A DNA stretch of 64,000 nt, taken from the NCBI RefSeq assembly GCF_032062105.1, contig NW_026934507.1, forward strand, positions 434,001 to 498,000. The letters are read 5' to 3'. The notes beneath the pieces are model-generated. The model saw nothing but the letters and a program-made list of their open reading frames with translations. It did no database searches and was not told the DNA's origin. This document shows, piece after piece, positions 50,742 through 62,354 of this stretch. This stretch comes from Saccostrea cucullata (taxonomy: Eukaryota). Every line of letters begins with the position of its first letter. Position 1 is the stretch's first letter. A program made the translations under genes and the position numbers.

Positions 50742-51500
50742 GGTATTTTTAAGGATGATTTTAGTCCTTTTTCTTGCATACCTCATTCAAAAAATACATT
50801 GTGTCGTAATTTGTTGGTTTAAATGCATTTTCATTAACCATGTTATACATTTCATCTGTACATAAGTTTATTTTAAATAGCATTTTGAATTAATTTATTA
50901 TTGTCAAATTGCATTCAATATTTTCATGAAAAAAGCATTTGTTCATATCATGACATAAGAACAATCAAAGACTAAATTAAACAGCATTAGGAAAATGACA
51001 GTGATGAAGTGAAGTGTAATACATATGTAGTTGAATCCCTGTCGAGATTGAAATTTCCGGTCTGTTCTTGGGATTTATGAATCATATTATGCCATGTTCT
51101 GTGATTTGAACGATTTGATTGAAAAATATCGCCTAATTATAAAAGTTTTTAGAAAAATTTACTGAACAAATATGTAGTCGTATGACATTTGTTTACTGGG
51201 TAAAACTTTTTTTTAGATTGATATTGTTTACTTCGCTTATTGTTAAATTTGTATAAGTATTGCAAATTTGACCATATTTTCTGATGCATAATTCTACATG
51301 TCAGATGAAAATGTAAATATCTATTTTTGTTTTGAAAATCCTTATGTGATACGTAGCAATTCAGGGAAAGTGAATTGTATTTTGTATATATTGTTATTTT
51401 TTATTGTGCTGTATATAAATATATTATTTTATTTTGTAGCGATTTGTTCAAGCAATATTATTCTTTTTTAAAAACTGGATCATTAAATTTTTCCTGTGGC
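50742..51500 (+). promoter_or_regulatory. Notum 3' UTR with Pumilio-type elements and a miR-315 site
   Basis: TGTAHATA at 50857, 51312, 51383 and 51410; AACAATCAAA at 50960; candidate poly(A) signals ATTAAA at 50976 and 51482. True end unknown. Confidence 0.55.
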
Positions 51501-51804
51501 GTCTACAATTTGTTTGTCTTTGTTCCAAAAGGGAGTAAATTGTGTCTATAATTATTTGTGTGTGCAAAATAGGATCAAACCAAAAAAAATATATAACTTG
51601 CTCTAAAGCTATTCGAATAGTGTTAAATCTACAGTAATAAGGAAGGGAAGAATTTGTAAGTACTTTTCAAACACGTTTTTTTCCTAATTACAATTGGACC
51701 ATAGATTCCATATTGATTAAAAGATTTGATCAAGACATAACGAAAAGTCCGTTTTCCATGCCATCATTTTGACCTCGTTTAGAGAATTACAATAACCTGC
51801 TGTA

Positions 51805-52280
51805 GCTTTAGATATATCGACGACGTATTGTTAATTAACAATACTTGATTTTTTCATTCTTATGTCGACTCGATATATCCCGATGAACTTGAAATTAAAG
51901 AAACCACAGAGTCAGGCACAACTGTTTCATATTTGGATATTTTTACTAGAAAAGGCGTTAATGGTTATCAACGAACAATGTTTCTGATAAACATGAAGTC
52001 TTTAACTTTTCAATCGTCAAATTGCCTTGGAACTATATACGACTTAATATCGATGACATTTGAATGAAGGGTACATGATGCAGTTTTGAAGTAGATACCC
52101 TCACAATTAATCACATTAATAACATGATTATTGGAATTTTTTGGCACCTAGATTATATGATACTCTACAAGGGATGCCCACTCCTCCATGGCACTTGATC
52201 GAACCTCTGATGTTTAGGAAGTCTGTTTGCCCTACTCCTATTTTGTAATGTTTTAATGGACTTTTGAGCTTGAACACTGT
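51805..52280 (+). mobile_element. Penelope-like fragment, internally deleted
   Basis: FRYIDDVLLINN and SYVDSIYPDELEIKETTES...VSYLDI remnants; partial 3' element at 52168-52240. Confidence 0.85.
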
Positions 52281-52384
52281 TTGTTATCTCCACATTTTAA
52301 ATGCACAAAATTTGCAGAAATCCCACGACTTTAATTTGCCTTGCTAACGTTTTTCTACCCAAGGCACATTTTTTTTTATATTAT

Positions 52385-52950
52385 ACATGAAATTGTTTTA
52401 TCAGATACAACTTCTTCATATTTTGATATTTTTACAAAAAGACGTCGTTAATGGCTGTCAAAGAACAAGGTTTTGTGATAAACACGAAAACTTTAACTTT
52501 TCAATCGTCAACTTGCCTTTCTAATGCATCAATATACCGTATACACGTATACGGAGGTATTCTTTAGTGATTCTGTAAGTTGTCTACGTATGAACAATTT
52601 TTAAAACAAAACTTGACCAACTTTTGATGAAGCAAAATTGAACAATTATTTAAAATATATTTTTAAAAATCGAAAAATAATACATGTTAGCATAAAAATA
52701 TGTAAGTCAAATGCTGAATACTTTTTTCATACTGATTGTAAAGTCATCATTTAATAAACACAGATTTTTGTTATTTCCAAATAATAACAAGCGCACACGG
52801 CGGGTGTGAACGGTCGGCAGGGGATGTTCATTCCTCCATGGTACCTGATCAAACCTCTAATGATTAGGAAGTCTGTGTTTGTTCTGCGCCTATTTTGTAA
52901 TGTTTTGATGAACTTTTGGTCTCAAATACTGTTTGTTATCTCCACATCTT
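52385..52950 (+). mobile_element. Penelope-like fragment with 3' end, in tandem with the previous copy
   Basis: DKHENFNFSIVNLPF remnant; 3' element at 52793-52885. Confidence 0.8.
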
Positions 52951-53269
52951 CACACGTCAAAATTGTAGATTTAGACTTTAATTCAAGGGAACATGTCTTT
53001 TACACAATACACAATATTTTACGTATTTGTTTTATGAAAACACATTCAAGAGAAATCGAAAGAGGCAATGAGTAGAAATGAGTTTCTGTCATTATAAAGT
53101 TGGACTTGATAGATAAGGCATTCCTAAATCTTCTTTTAGTTGTCTACGAGGAAAACTAATTTAATCTAAAGAAACTTACCTACTTTTAACAATTAAAATT
53201 CAACAAGTATCAAAAGTATTTCTTTTAAAAGTTTAGCTTCCTACATTAAAAATATGAAGGTAATTAAAA

Positions 53270-53425
53270 GGAACAGTATTCAACCTCAAAAGTCTATTCA
53301 ATAAAAGAGAAGAGCAAACACGGGCCTCTAAAACATCAGAGGAGGTGGGGTCAGGTTCCATGAAGGGATGAGCATCCCCTAACGGTCACACCGCCATGTG
53401 GTTCCTGTCATTTTCGGAAAATAAC
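53270..53425 (-). mobile_element. Penelope-like 3'-end fragment
   Basis: AGCAAACACGGGCCTCTAAAACATCAGAG...GAGCATCCCCTAACGGTCACACCGCC. Confidence 0.75.
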
Positions 53426-53574
53426 AGTGGAAACCAGAACTGTCCCGCTTATTGTAGATGTAATACTAGTAATGTTTTAGTTTGATAATATCTGTGAAGG
53501 AATATTAGTTCTGTCCTAAGATTAAAACAGAGATCCATAGTGAGTGGATAAGTTTCTAATAACTGATTAAAGTA

Positions 53575-53765
53575 TTTCTAGTGAGTTTGAAATGAAACTT
53601 TCAGATGCCACAAAGTCTGACACATTTGTATCTTACTTGGGTATTTACATGAAAGAGACGTTTATGGTAACCTAACAACCAAGCTCTATGATAAACGTGA
53701 TGACTTTAATTTTTCAATGGTCAACGTCCCTTACTTATTCAGCAGTATTTATTGACAAACAAGTT
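53575..53765 (+). mobile_element. Penelope-like RT fragment
   Basis: SYLGIYMKRDVYGNLTTKLYDKRDDFNFSMVNVPYLFSS read directly. Confidence 0.85.
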
Positions 53766-53824
53766 TCATGTAATACCGGTAATTATGATTTTGCTATTTT
53801 AATAGTAGAAGATGTCGAATACGA

Positions 53825-54540
53825 ATGCTATGGCGGCATATTTATGCAATACATATAATTTTTTGTAAACATAGCATATCATGTCAAGTCAAGACAACTA
53901 TCTCGTCAAGTGATGAAAACTTTCAGGTTTGTCGTCAAACATCGACTTTTATCTTGAACAGTCAAGATAAGCTATCGTATTTTTGCGATAGTTATCTCGA
54001 CAAAAAAGAGATAATTTATCTTGTATCGCGACTAAAAGTTATCTTGTCGTGTCAAGATAGCTATTGTATGGTGGCATATTTATGCCATCCATATAATATT
54101 TCGTTAACATAGCATATCATTTCAAGTCATGATAACTTTCAGGTTTGCTGACAAACACCGACTTTTTATCTTGTCCAGTCAAGATAAGCTATCACATTTT
54201 GTTGCAATAGCTATCTTGACAAGACGAGATAACTTAGTCGCTAAACAAGATAAATTATCTCTTTTTGTCGAGATAGCTATCGCAAAAATACGATAGCTTA
54301 TCTTGACTGTACAAGATTAAAATCGGTGTTTGATGACAAACCAGAAAGTTATTATGACTTGACAAGATAGTCATCTTGATTTGACAGGATATGCTATGTT
54401 GACAAAAAATTATGTGGATGGCATAAATATGCCACCATACTATTGCAATAAAATATGATTGGTTATCTTGACTGAACAAGATATAAAGTCGGTGACAAAA
54501 AATTATGTGGATGGCATAGATATGCCACCAAAGAATGCAG
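53825..54540. repeat. Foldback-like element built of direct and inverted modular repeats
   Basis: 53827-54023 is the reverse complement of about 54246-54440; GTGGCATATTTATGC module occurs 4 times (2 per strand); many CAAGATA/TATCTTG units. Confidence 0.8.
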
Positions 54541-54930
54541 AAATATAATTGATCAAAAAAAAAAAAAAGATGACGAACTCTGATTAAGCTTAAAATTCCT
54601 CTAAACAATACGAAACGTTAACAAAGTAATATCTCTGAAAGGTTGGATCATATGTCTTACGTAGAAGACATTCCATGTTCCCTTGCATTTGTGCTCTGAA
54701 ACTTTTGTATTAACCATGTACACAAAATAATTTCTAATCAAAATTGGTATGAACAAATGATACAATTATTAGGTTAAGAAATACGACTCATGGAAAGGTT
54801 GTAATTTCAAGAAAAGAAATTATATGGGCCCATTTAACTGCATATTATTTTGACTTAAATCGATATTGTTGAAAATTGTTTTATACATTCTTCGATTTTA
54901 TATCGATTTAAATTCTGATCGAATGAAGGA

Positions 54931-55380
54931 TATGGAGATAACGAACAGTATTCTATATCAAAGTTCATAAAACAATACAAAATAGGAGCAGTGCAAACAC
55001 GGACCTCCAAAATGTCAGAGGTGGGATCAGGTGCCATGGAGGAGTTAGCATTCCCTGCCGACCGATCACATCCGACGCTTGTTGTAATATGTAATGAAAC
55101 TATGGAGATAACGAACAGTATTCAAACTCAAAAGTCCAGTAAACAAAACAAAATAGAAGCAGAGCAAACACGGACCTCCAAAACATCAGAGGAGGGATCA
55201 GGTGCCATGGAAGAGTGAGCACCCCTTATATATATCATGATCGGGAAATAACGGAAAAAATCTTTCGTCAATTCAGTGTAAAATGTTGGACTTAAAATTA
55301 GTATGGAAAATGTCAGTAAGCATTTGACCCAATGATAAATTGTATTTGCTGAAAAGGTCATTGTATTTACCATAAAACTA
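54931..55380 (-). mobile_element. Penelope-like 3' end with a tandem 170-bp duplication of the terminus
   Basis: TATGGAGATAACGAACAGTATTC at 54931 and 55101, each followed by the 3' element. Confidence 0.85.
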
Positions 55381-56141
55381 AAACCATGTAATTAAAAATT
55401 AAGGAAATAATAATGTAGATACATGTAATAATGTGATATGCAGCTGTCTAAATCTCTCAAATTGATATTTTACTCAACAATTTGATGACATGTTATTCTC
55501 GATATTTAATAATTGCACATACTATCCACTCAAAATGTTATAGGAAATAAAACAAAATGCACAATCAAAGAGAGGAAACTCTCATTTTAAACAGTTTATA
55601 CAAATTCTTTACCAAATTTTATGTCCCTTGCATGATTTATAACGTTTGGGTTGAAAATGTAAACTTTTCATAATTATATTCTAAATGAATCTTTAAAATT
55701 TTTGCATCTTTTTATAAAATGCATATAGAAAATATATACATGCAAATAGTATAGAAGGGAAACGCTCTTTGTCTCATTAGGGAATTCTTGATAACTATTT
55801 AGATGCTATTCTTTAGTAAAAAATACACGGTACATTACTTACACTAAACAAGTAAATTTTCAACGAATTAATGAAACTAGCACTGAACTTAAAATTCAAT
55901 CATATGCGAAAAAAGACTTCAGGAAGGCTTTAACAAACTTTAAGCGGTAACAAAAATTCATTCGTTAAAATCTACCCTTATAGGGAAATATACAACTTGT
56001 TTTAATAGATTAATTCTTTCCTACAGGGAAATCAAATTTTATCCTGTAGGAGGTTGGAAACTGGCATTAAAACATACATGCGCGTGTAGTTAATGTATAC
56101 TCCGAACAAGAAGAGGTTTGTTTTGTGAAGAAAGATTCAAG

Positions 56142-56230
56142 ATGACATCTTACCTTTCTACCAAATTCATTACCTTGACCATATTCTCTCATTGTATAAC
56201 CATATCGTTACTACAGAGGGAGTGTGGTGG
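56142..56230 (+). CDS. Candidate alternative first exon 1a of the EGF-like gene (MTSYLSTKFITLTIFSHCITISLLQRECG)
   Basis: ATG, hydrophobic leader and C-G-G|GTAAGT phase-2 donor compatible with the exon at 59160. Confidence 0.6.
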
Positions 56231-57342
56231 GTAAGTAATACATGTAACAGGTAATAAAAAGAGGTATTTATCATGTTATTTTTACATTTCCAATGAATTT
56301 GCGGGAATTTTTGATTTCATAACGATGACCAATGGATTGGCTTGAGTAATAATTTTATGGATAAATTCGGCGTTTTATGCAAATTGTCAAGCTAGCCACT
56401 CGATTGATCTCATCATGAAACCAAAAAATTAGTAATTCCTTAATATATGTGCATGTGATAACACAGAAAAGAGTAAATGCTTCTTGATCGATTCATATGC
56501 AAAAATATCTCCAGCGTAAGCGACGTTAACGTGACGTAGCGATGCTGCTCCAGGTCGATAGACACACCCATGTTTAAAATTTTACCGGAACTTATCTAAT
56601 TACCCTTTAAATTAGAACTTTTGCATATTTGTTTTTCATCAAATGTTGACGAATTTTCATGAATTTATCATCATGGAGTAAAAGTAAATGTCTCAATAAT
56701 TTCCGAACAACCCTTGTAGTTTATCGAGGAGAAATACTGAATAAAAAAGCAGAATTCATATCCTTATATATGTCAAACAATATAGCTGTTATTAAGCCCT
56801 CATATAGCCAGTAAAACTTACAAAAATATGCATATGTAACAAATGTGGCAGACTAAGTGGTTTCTTCATTTTCAAGTTTACTGGAATACTCAGGCGCATG
56901 AACATAACAATTATTAATTGTTACATGTAAAATTCCGTCGAAGGCCACAGCATCTTCTCTGCATGTACGGGATTTTAAATAAATTCTGCTTCATACATAA
57001 AACAGATCGGCTAATGAAGGAAACAATTCATGCCTATCAAATTCCCGACTTGGTCTCCAAAGACTATATAAATGTTGTCAATAATTATAAAATCCATGAC
57101 ATTGGGTTTATTTTATCACTTTGATACATTTTCCCATACTTTATTTTTTTTTGATTTCCCATTATATTGATAATATTAAGCACATGCATATTCAGTGATT
57201 AAATTTACCATTAGGAAACAAGTTTAAATTTGATTAAAGTCAATATCACGGAAGAATTGTTTATGATTTTTTTCTCATCAGAACTATTGCTTCGTTATGT
57301 TTCCTTCTACGACGGTTAAGCATATATTTCCATGTATGTCAG

Positions 57343-57449
57343 ATGAAACTCTGCTGTCGACCAAAAATGATTTTGAATACATTCCTAGTTTTTGATATTT
57401 TCATTTTTATCTATCAATTTGATTCGTCAGAATCCAATCAATGCAATGG
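57343..57449 (+). CDS. EGF-like gene first exon 1b (signal peptide; ATG at 57343 or 57367)
   Basis: [27 protein letters not shown] then GG|GTAAGT, phase 2. Confidence 0.7.
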
Positions 57450-60400
57450 GTAAGTTATTGAGCGCTCATTTTGTTTAAAATAATAAATAGAGTATATACT
57501 GAATATTTTTTTAATCATAAATCTAGGAAGAATCCAAGCAGCAAATGATCTGCTTAAAAGGACGCAAATCATAACTTTTTATATTCAGTTATAATTATTC
57601 GATAGAAAGATAGATGTACTTAACAGCAATCGTTATGCACGTAGAGCAATTACAAAAATCCAGCATAACGAAATAAAGAAAGTGTTAACTTTTGAAATAC
57701 TTTGCTAATGATTTCAACCCCAAAAGAAGGTAAGTATTAAGTTTTAACATATTATCCATAAGGATGTCTTTATTAACTCTTAGGAAAATTAGAATGTGAT
57801 CTATAATCAATGATATGTGTGAAAGAGAAAGAGAAAACGTTTCAAGATGACATTAAATCTGATGTATATCAATAAGTACGTTAGTACTGCAATCAAAAAC
57901 GGCAAAAATGTAAATAAATAAATCAATAGATAAAATTAAATTAATAATGATAAAAAAAAATTAAAACCGAGAAGATGCGTTTGTGAAACACTGATGCCCC
58001 CGTATGGCAACACAACAAAGGTTAAGCTTTCTAAAATGCAGATCAAATATGTTTGTACCTGAAGTAAGGCCTTTTAACAAGAAATACAAATGTGAAATAT
58101 AAAAACCTAGCACCACCTGTTCAAAGGATATGACCAAGGTTAACGTTTTTAAAGGCAGGACAAACTCCGGGGCCAAGGTCAAATGTCCAAGGTTGTTGGT
58201 TTCTAAAGAAAGGCCTTGTCTCAAAGATTACATATGGAGAGTATGAAAGTGCTGGCCCTTACCGTTCAAAAGTTATGGACATTGTTAAAGTTTGTACAAA
58301 GTAGGTCAAACTCCAAGGTCAAAGGGCCAAAGTTGTTGATATGCAATAGAAGGTCTAGGCACAAGAATTACATATGTGAAATATAAAAACCCTTGCCCTA
58401 ACTGTTTAAAAGTTATGAACAAGGTTAAAGTCTTTTCGTAAGTATGGAAATGGCCAAGGTCAGCTGGGTCAGACGGTCAAAATTGTTGGTTTCAAATGAA
58501 AGGTCTTGCCACGAAGAATTGATATTTGAAATAAAAAATTCCTAGTATCTACCGTTTAAAATTAGGGCCAAAGTAAAAGGATTTTTTGTGTAAAAATGGG
58601 TCAAACTCTAAAGTAAATGTCTATGGGTCAAGGTTTTTGATATCAAATGAAAAGTCTTGTTACAAGTATTAAATATGTTAAGTATTAAAGCACTATTTCT
58701 AACCCTTCAAAAATTATGTTCAAAGTTCTATTTGAAAAGTAGGCCAAACTCCAAGGTCAAGGTCAAAAAGTCAAAGTTCAAAGCGTCTTCTCACAAGAAT
58801 TACATACGTGAAGTGTGTAAACTCTAGCGCTTTTAAAAAGTTATGGCCATGGTTAAAGTTTTTTCATAATTATAGAAATCTCCAAGTTCAAGGTCAAAAG
58901 GTCAGGGTTGTTGGTACTAAATGAAAGGTCTTTCCACAGAAAATCTACATATGAAATATAAGTCCTGGTATCTATTGTTCAAAAGATATGGGCAAAGTGT
59001 TAAAGTTTTTTGCGGACAAACAGAAAATCAGACAGACAGACAGACAGACAGACAGACGGCTAGACAGACGTACGGACACGACAAAAACTTTATACCCCCG
59101 AAACGTCGTTTACGGGGGCATAAAAAATATAAACTCAATCAAATTTTAATGCATTTTAGTCCAAATGGGTCAGTATGCTGTGCTGGATATAAATGGAATC
59201 AAGCATCACATTCCTGCATACGTAAGTTAATGCAGTGTTCATTTATTGTTTAGTCATCAACTATGGCTTTCTCCTCTTCGTTATTTAGAAAACGAAGTAT
59301 TTTACTAAATAAATTGCGTTATTGTTGCATCTCTTAATCAGTATAGCACTATAGCATGATTTAGTTAGTGATCAATGCATAGACTTATCCGGATAAAAAA
59401 CTGATTGAATACTTTTGAGGCTATTTATCGACTTTTTGGTAAATACATTGTAGCAATGAAAATTACTCCTCAAACTTATTTTTCTGGACTATTATCATGA
59501 AAGTGTTCCCTTATAAATTATTTCTTATTTATGACTAATGACAATTGTATGTTAAACCAAAAACAAAACCTGATAAACTTTTCTCAAATAGTATGTGAAA
59601 TCGGATTCTTCGGTCCAAATTGCACAATACAATGTCCATATCCATCATTTGGTAGAGATTGTCAGTTCAGCTGCAATTGTAGCAACAACACTTGTCATCA
59701 TGTCAATGGTTGTGGAAATAGTGATGGTATTTTTCTTATGTATTTATTTTTATGTTTTTAGAACGGTAAATTGTTAAGAGGATAGAGTATCCCTTAAAAT
59801 AACCATTTATCAGAATAATTTTTAAAGCCTACGTAACAATAGTTTTCTTCCCAAAGGATTGTTTCTTTTACATATATCAAATCGATATCGATCCATGCGA
59901 GTGTTGTTGTTGAGACTCAAACATTAAAAAAAAATATTTCATTTAAGCTGAATATGCAGTGTCCACTCACAATACACAAGCAGTTGTAAAAACAGAAAAT
60001 GAGACATCAACCAAGCATCCATCAAGCACAAAGAAAGGTATACTTTTTATTGTTATAAAACGTCATCTGCATAAGATATTTTAGTACATCAATCACTGGT
60101 ATAAAGGAGTGTGAGAGGAATCGTCAGCTTTGATAATCTTCACATCTATGATTCAATCATCAATTTAATTTCTGCCCCTATGCATGGTTCGCAGGAAGTA
60201 TAATATTATTTCTAAAATTCCGAATAGCAGGTTAGTTAAGCGGAGTGCTAATTTTGGCTTATTTTGCGTTTTGATGATAGTCCGCTAGAATTTTAAGAGC
60301 TTTAATAGTCAGTACTTCTATTAGTGCCCATCTGCAAATAACTAAAAAAAAAAAAATTCCGCTAAAATAATATACGCAAAAATTAATTGCAAAGCTTAGA

Positions 60401-61920
60401 GCAGGCAAAACGCCAAATTTTACACCTACCAAGAAAACTGCTGTACGTTATTTATTGTGCGAATTCCTCCGAAAGATCTGAATAGAATATTGCTAAAATA
60501 ACAAATATATGTATTAAGTAAGGGAAATTTAAGGTCATGATCGGGAAGCAAGGGAAACGTGCTTGGATATAGAGGAGAAGATGATATTAAAGTGAGTCTT
60601 TCCAGTACTTTGAAATTTTCGAACTTTTCCAATTGAAATCTACATGTACAATATCTCACTAGTACCGTATATTTGACAATCTGTTAATGTAAACTGTAAA
60701 ATTTTGATTGTATTCTATAAGTACCTATTTGCATAGCTTTTTCTTTTAATGAAACCGACTTTTTGACATCTTAAAAAGTGCATCTATAATGCATCAATTT
60801 GTGCGTCACACAATTTACCCATATAATCCACCGGGTGTTCGATATCATGTCTTTATGATATCTGTAAACCGATATGCTTGGAAACTGAATTTAATATGAA
60901 AATCATAAAACTCGAAATATATGTGCTAAGGTGGAATGATGGAATTGATGTGGTTAAGGTCAAGATCTAGTAAATTGACTTTAGACTAATTTTGTGGTGT
61001 TAGATCCATTATGACGTCATAATCAATTTAAACTTTCCTTTTCCCGTACATTACGGCTCTGATAGAATTATGCAGAAAATAAAGTTTTTCATGGAATTCA
61101 ATTTGAATTCATATGAAAAGTTACCCCGATACCTATATTAAATTTAATATTATTTTTAAAGAAGAGACCACAAATATACAAATTGCCGTTTTCTGAGAAA
61201 CTGTAGGCAATCAACACACATTTTAGATGTCTGATATGGAAAAAAACTCCCATTTTTTTGCTGGTTTTCATTGAAAACAACAGTTTTAAATAATATTTTT
61301 TATCTTGTTACCTGCAATTTATGCCCTGAAACACTTTATTTGACCAAGCTAAAGTTATAAAGCACCATTAAAGGAATTTTTTTTCTTAAATTTGATAAAT
61401 CTGTAGGCACCTTCCATTTTCTAGATCTTGACCTTGAACAAAATCGTATAATGAACAACGTTTAAGGTTGATGAACCATGATCAGCATCAGCTGAGTACC
61501 AAACACATTGACGAGACAAACAACTAAAAAGGATTCGTTTATTTTCACACTGATGAATTATCTTGATGGATTTTTTTAGTTATTTCACATTACTCTGAAG
61601 ATTTTTCACTGATATGGAGATGAAATTTGATTATAATTGATAATGTGATGCTTGTATAATTAAATCTTGAAATTTGAACATGTTTGACTAAAACATTTAT
61701 TTCAGCATTTTCACTTAATAAACATTCGTCCAAACGCTGCAAAGATGAAGATACGAAAAGCAAAAATCAACTGAACAGCGAACAATCAAAATCAATAACT
61801 ATTGGCATCATCTGTCTCTTAACAATAGCTGGTGTGCTTATGTTTATCTATATTGGAACGTATTTTGTGAGATGTGAGTACAGCATTGGAACAACACCAA
61901 AGACACGAAGAAATATTTGA
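57343..61920 (+). CDS. Small single-pass EGF-like membrane protein (MEGF10/CED-1/SCARF-like), about 202 aa; exons 57343-57449, 59160-59221, 59592-59726, 59948-60037, 61706-61920
   Basis: Spliced ORF of 609 nt with GT-AG introns in phase: leader; [24 protein letters not shown]; [40 protein letters not shown]; Ser/Thr stalk; [27 protein letters not shown]; short tail. Confidence 0.8.
57965..59127. mobile_element. pearl/CvA-type (Helentron-associated) non-autonomous element with internal satellite array
   Basis: Start AAGATGCGTTTGTGAAACACTGATGCCCCCG; about 6 tandem units of 130-150 bp rich in CAAGGTCAA; (GACA)n at about 59029-59070; terminal hairpin TATACCCCCG...CGGGGGCATA followed by an A-run. 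Confidence 0.85.
59160..59221 (+). CDS. EGF-like gene exon 2 ([20 protein letters not shown])
   Basis: TTTTAG| acceptor and C|GTAAGT donor; CCxGY motif. Confidence 0.85.
59592..59726 (+). CDS. EGF-like gene exon 3 (MEGF-type Cys repeat)
   Basis: AATAG| acceptor and G|GTATTT donor; 135-bp phase 1-1 exon. Confidence 0.88.
59948..60037 (+). CDS. EGF-like gene exon 4 (Ser/Thr-rich stalk)
   Basis: Open phase 1-1 exon with G|GTATAC donor; acceptor at 59948 or an in-frame alternative at 59960. Confidence 0.6.
60958..61433. mobile_element. Kolobok-like non-autonomous DNA transposon (476 bp), intronic
   Basis: TIR GGTCAAGATCTAG/CTAGATCTTGACC; flanks TTAA and TTGA. Confidence 0.75.
61706..61920 (+). 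CDS. EGF-like gene last exon (transmembrane helix and short cytoplasmic tail)
   Basis: TTTCAG| acceptor, ~25-residue hydrophobic segment, TGA at 61918-61920. Confidence 0.8.
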
Positions 61921-62354
61921 GTTACTTTTCAAGCAACTTAAGAAATCGCCTAAATGATTAAATTGTTTACGTTGAGCTTCACTTTTTCCATTCACAAGTC
62001 ACTCCTAATAGATATATTTTAAATGCATTTTTTGTCACCCTTTAAGATACTTGTTTTTTATAGCTACAAAAGAATTAAATTTCTCGATTACATATTTATT
62101 TTATGACATGTTTTATTCTTTTTTTTTTGAGATTGGAAATTATTATAATGCGTAGAAGAGTTATTTTGCAAAGAACAATATTGCTCTTTCTCATATTTGT
62201 CAAAAAATTGTTTAAATTTGTGAAATTCAAAGACGAAAGAAAGTTTGTCTGTAATATATGCTGACTGACTTTTTATACTGACCTCATAAAGTACCAAGTA
62301 TTTAAATGACTGCAAACATTACTGTATCAGTCTGTCAAAAATAGTATGACTATG

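Noticed and set aside
53825-54608. Similar ORFs on opposite strands (WRHIYAIHIIFC...)
   Set aside because: Translations of an inverted-repeat element, with no splice or domain support.
54991-55218. ORF with repeated SEVGSGAMEE
   Set aside because: Antisense translation of the duplicated retroelement 3' end.
57708-57729. Possible third leader exon ATGATTTCAACCCCAAAAGAAG|GTAAGT
   Set aside because: Only 7 codons, no signal peptide, and phase 1 is incompatible with exon 59160.
58066-59000. CRISPR-like array or nuclear-receptor (AGGTCA) site cluster
   Set aside because: Eukaryotic satellite units without unique spacers; AGGTCA is simply part of the repeat monomer.
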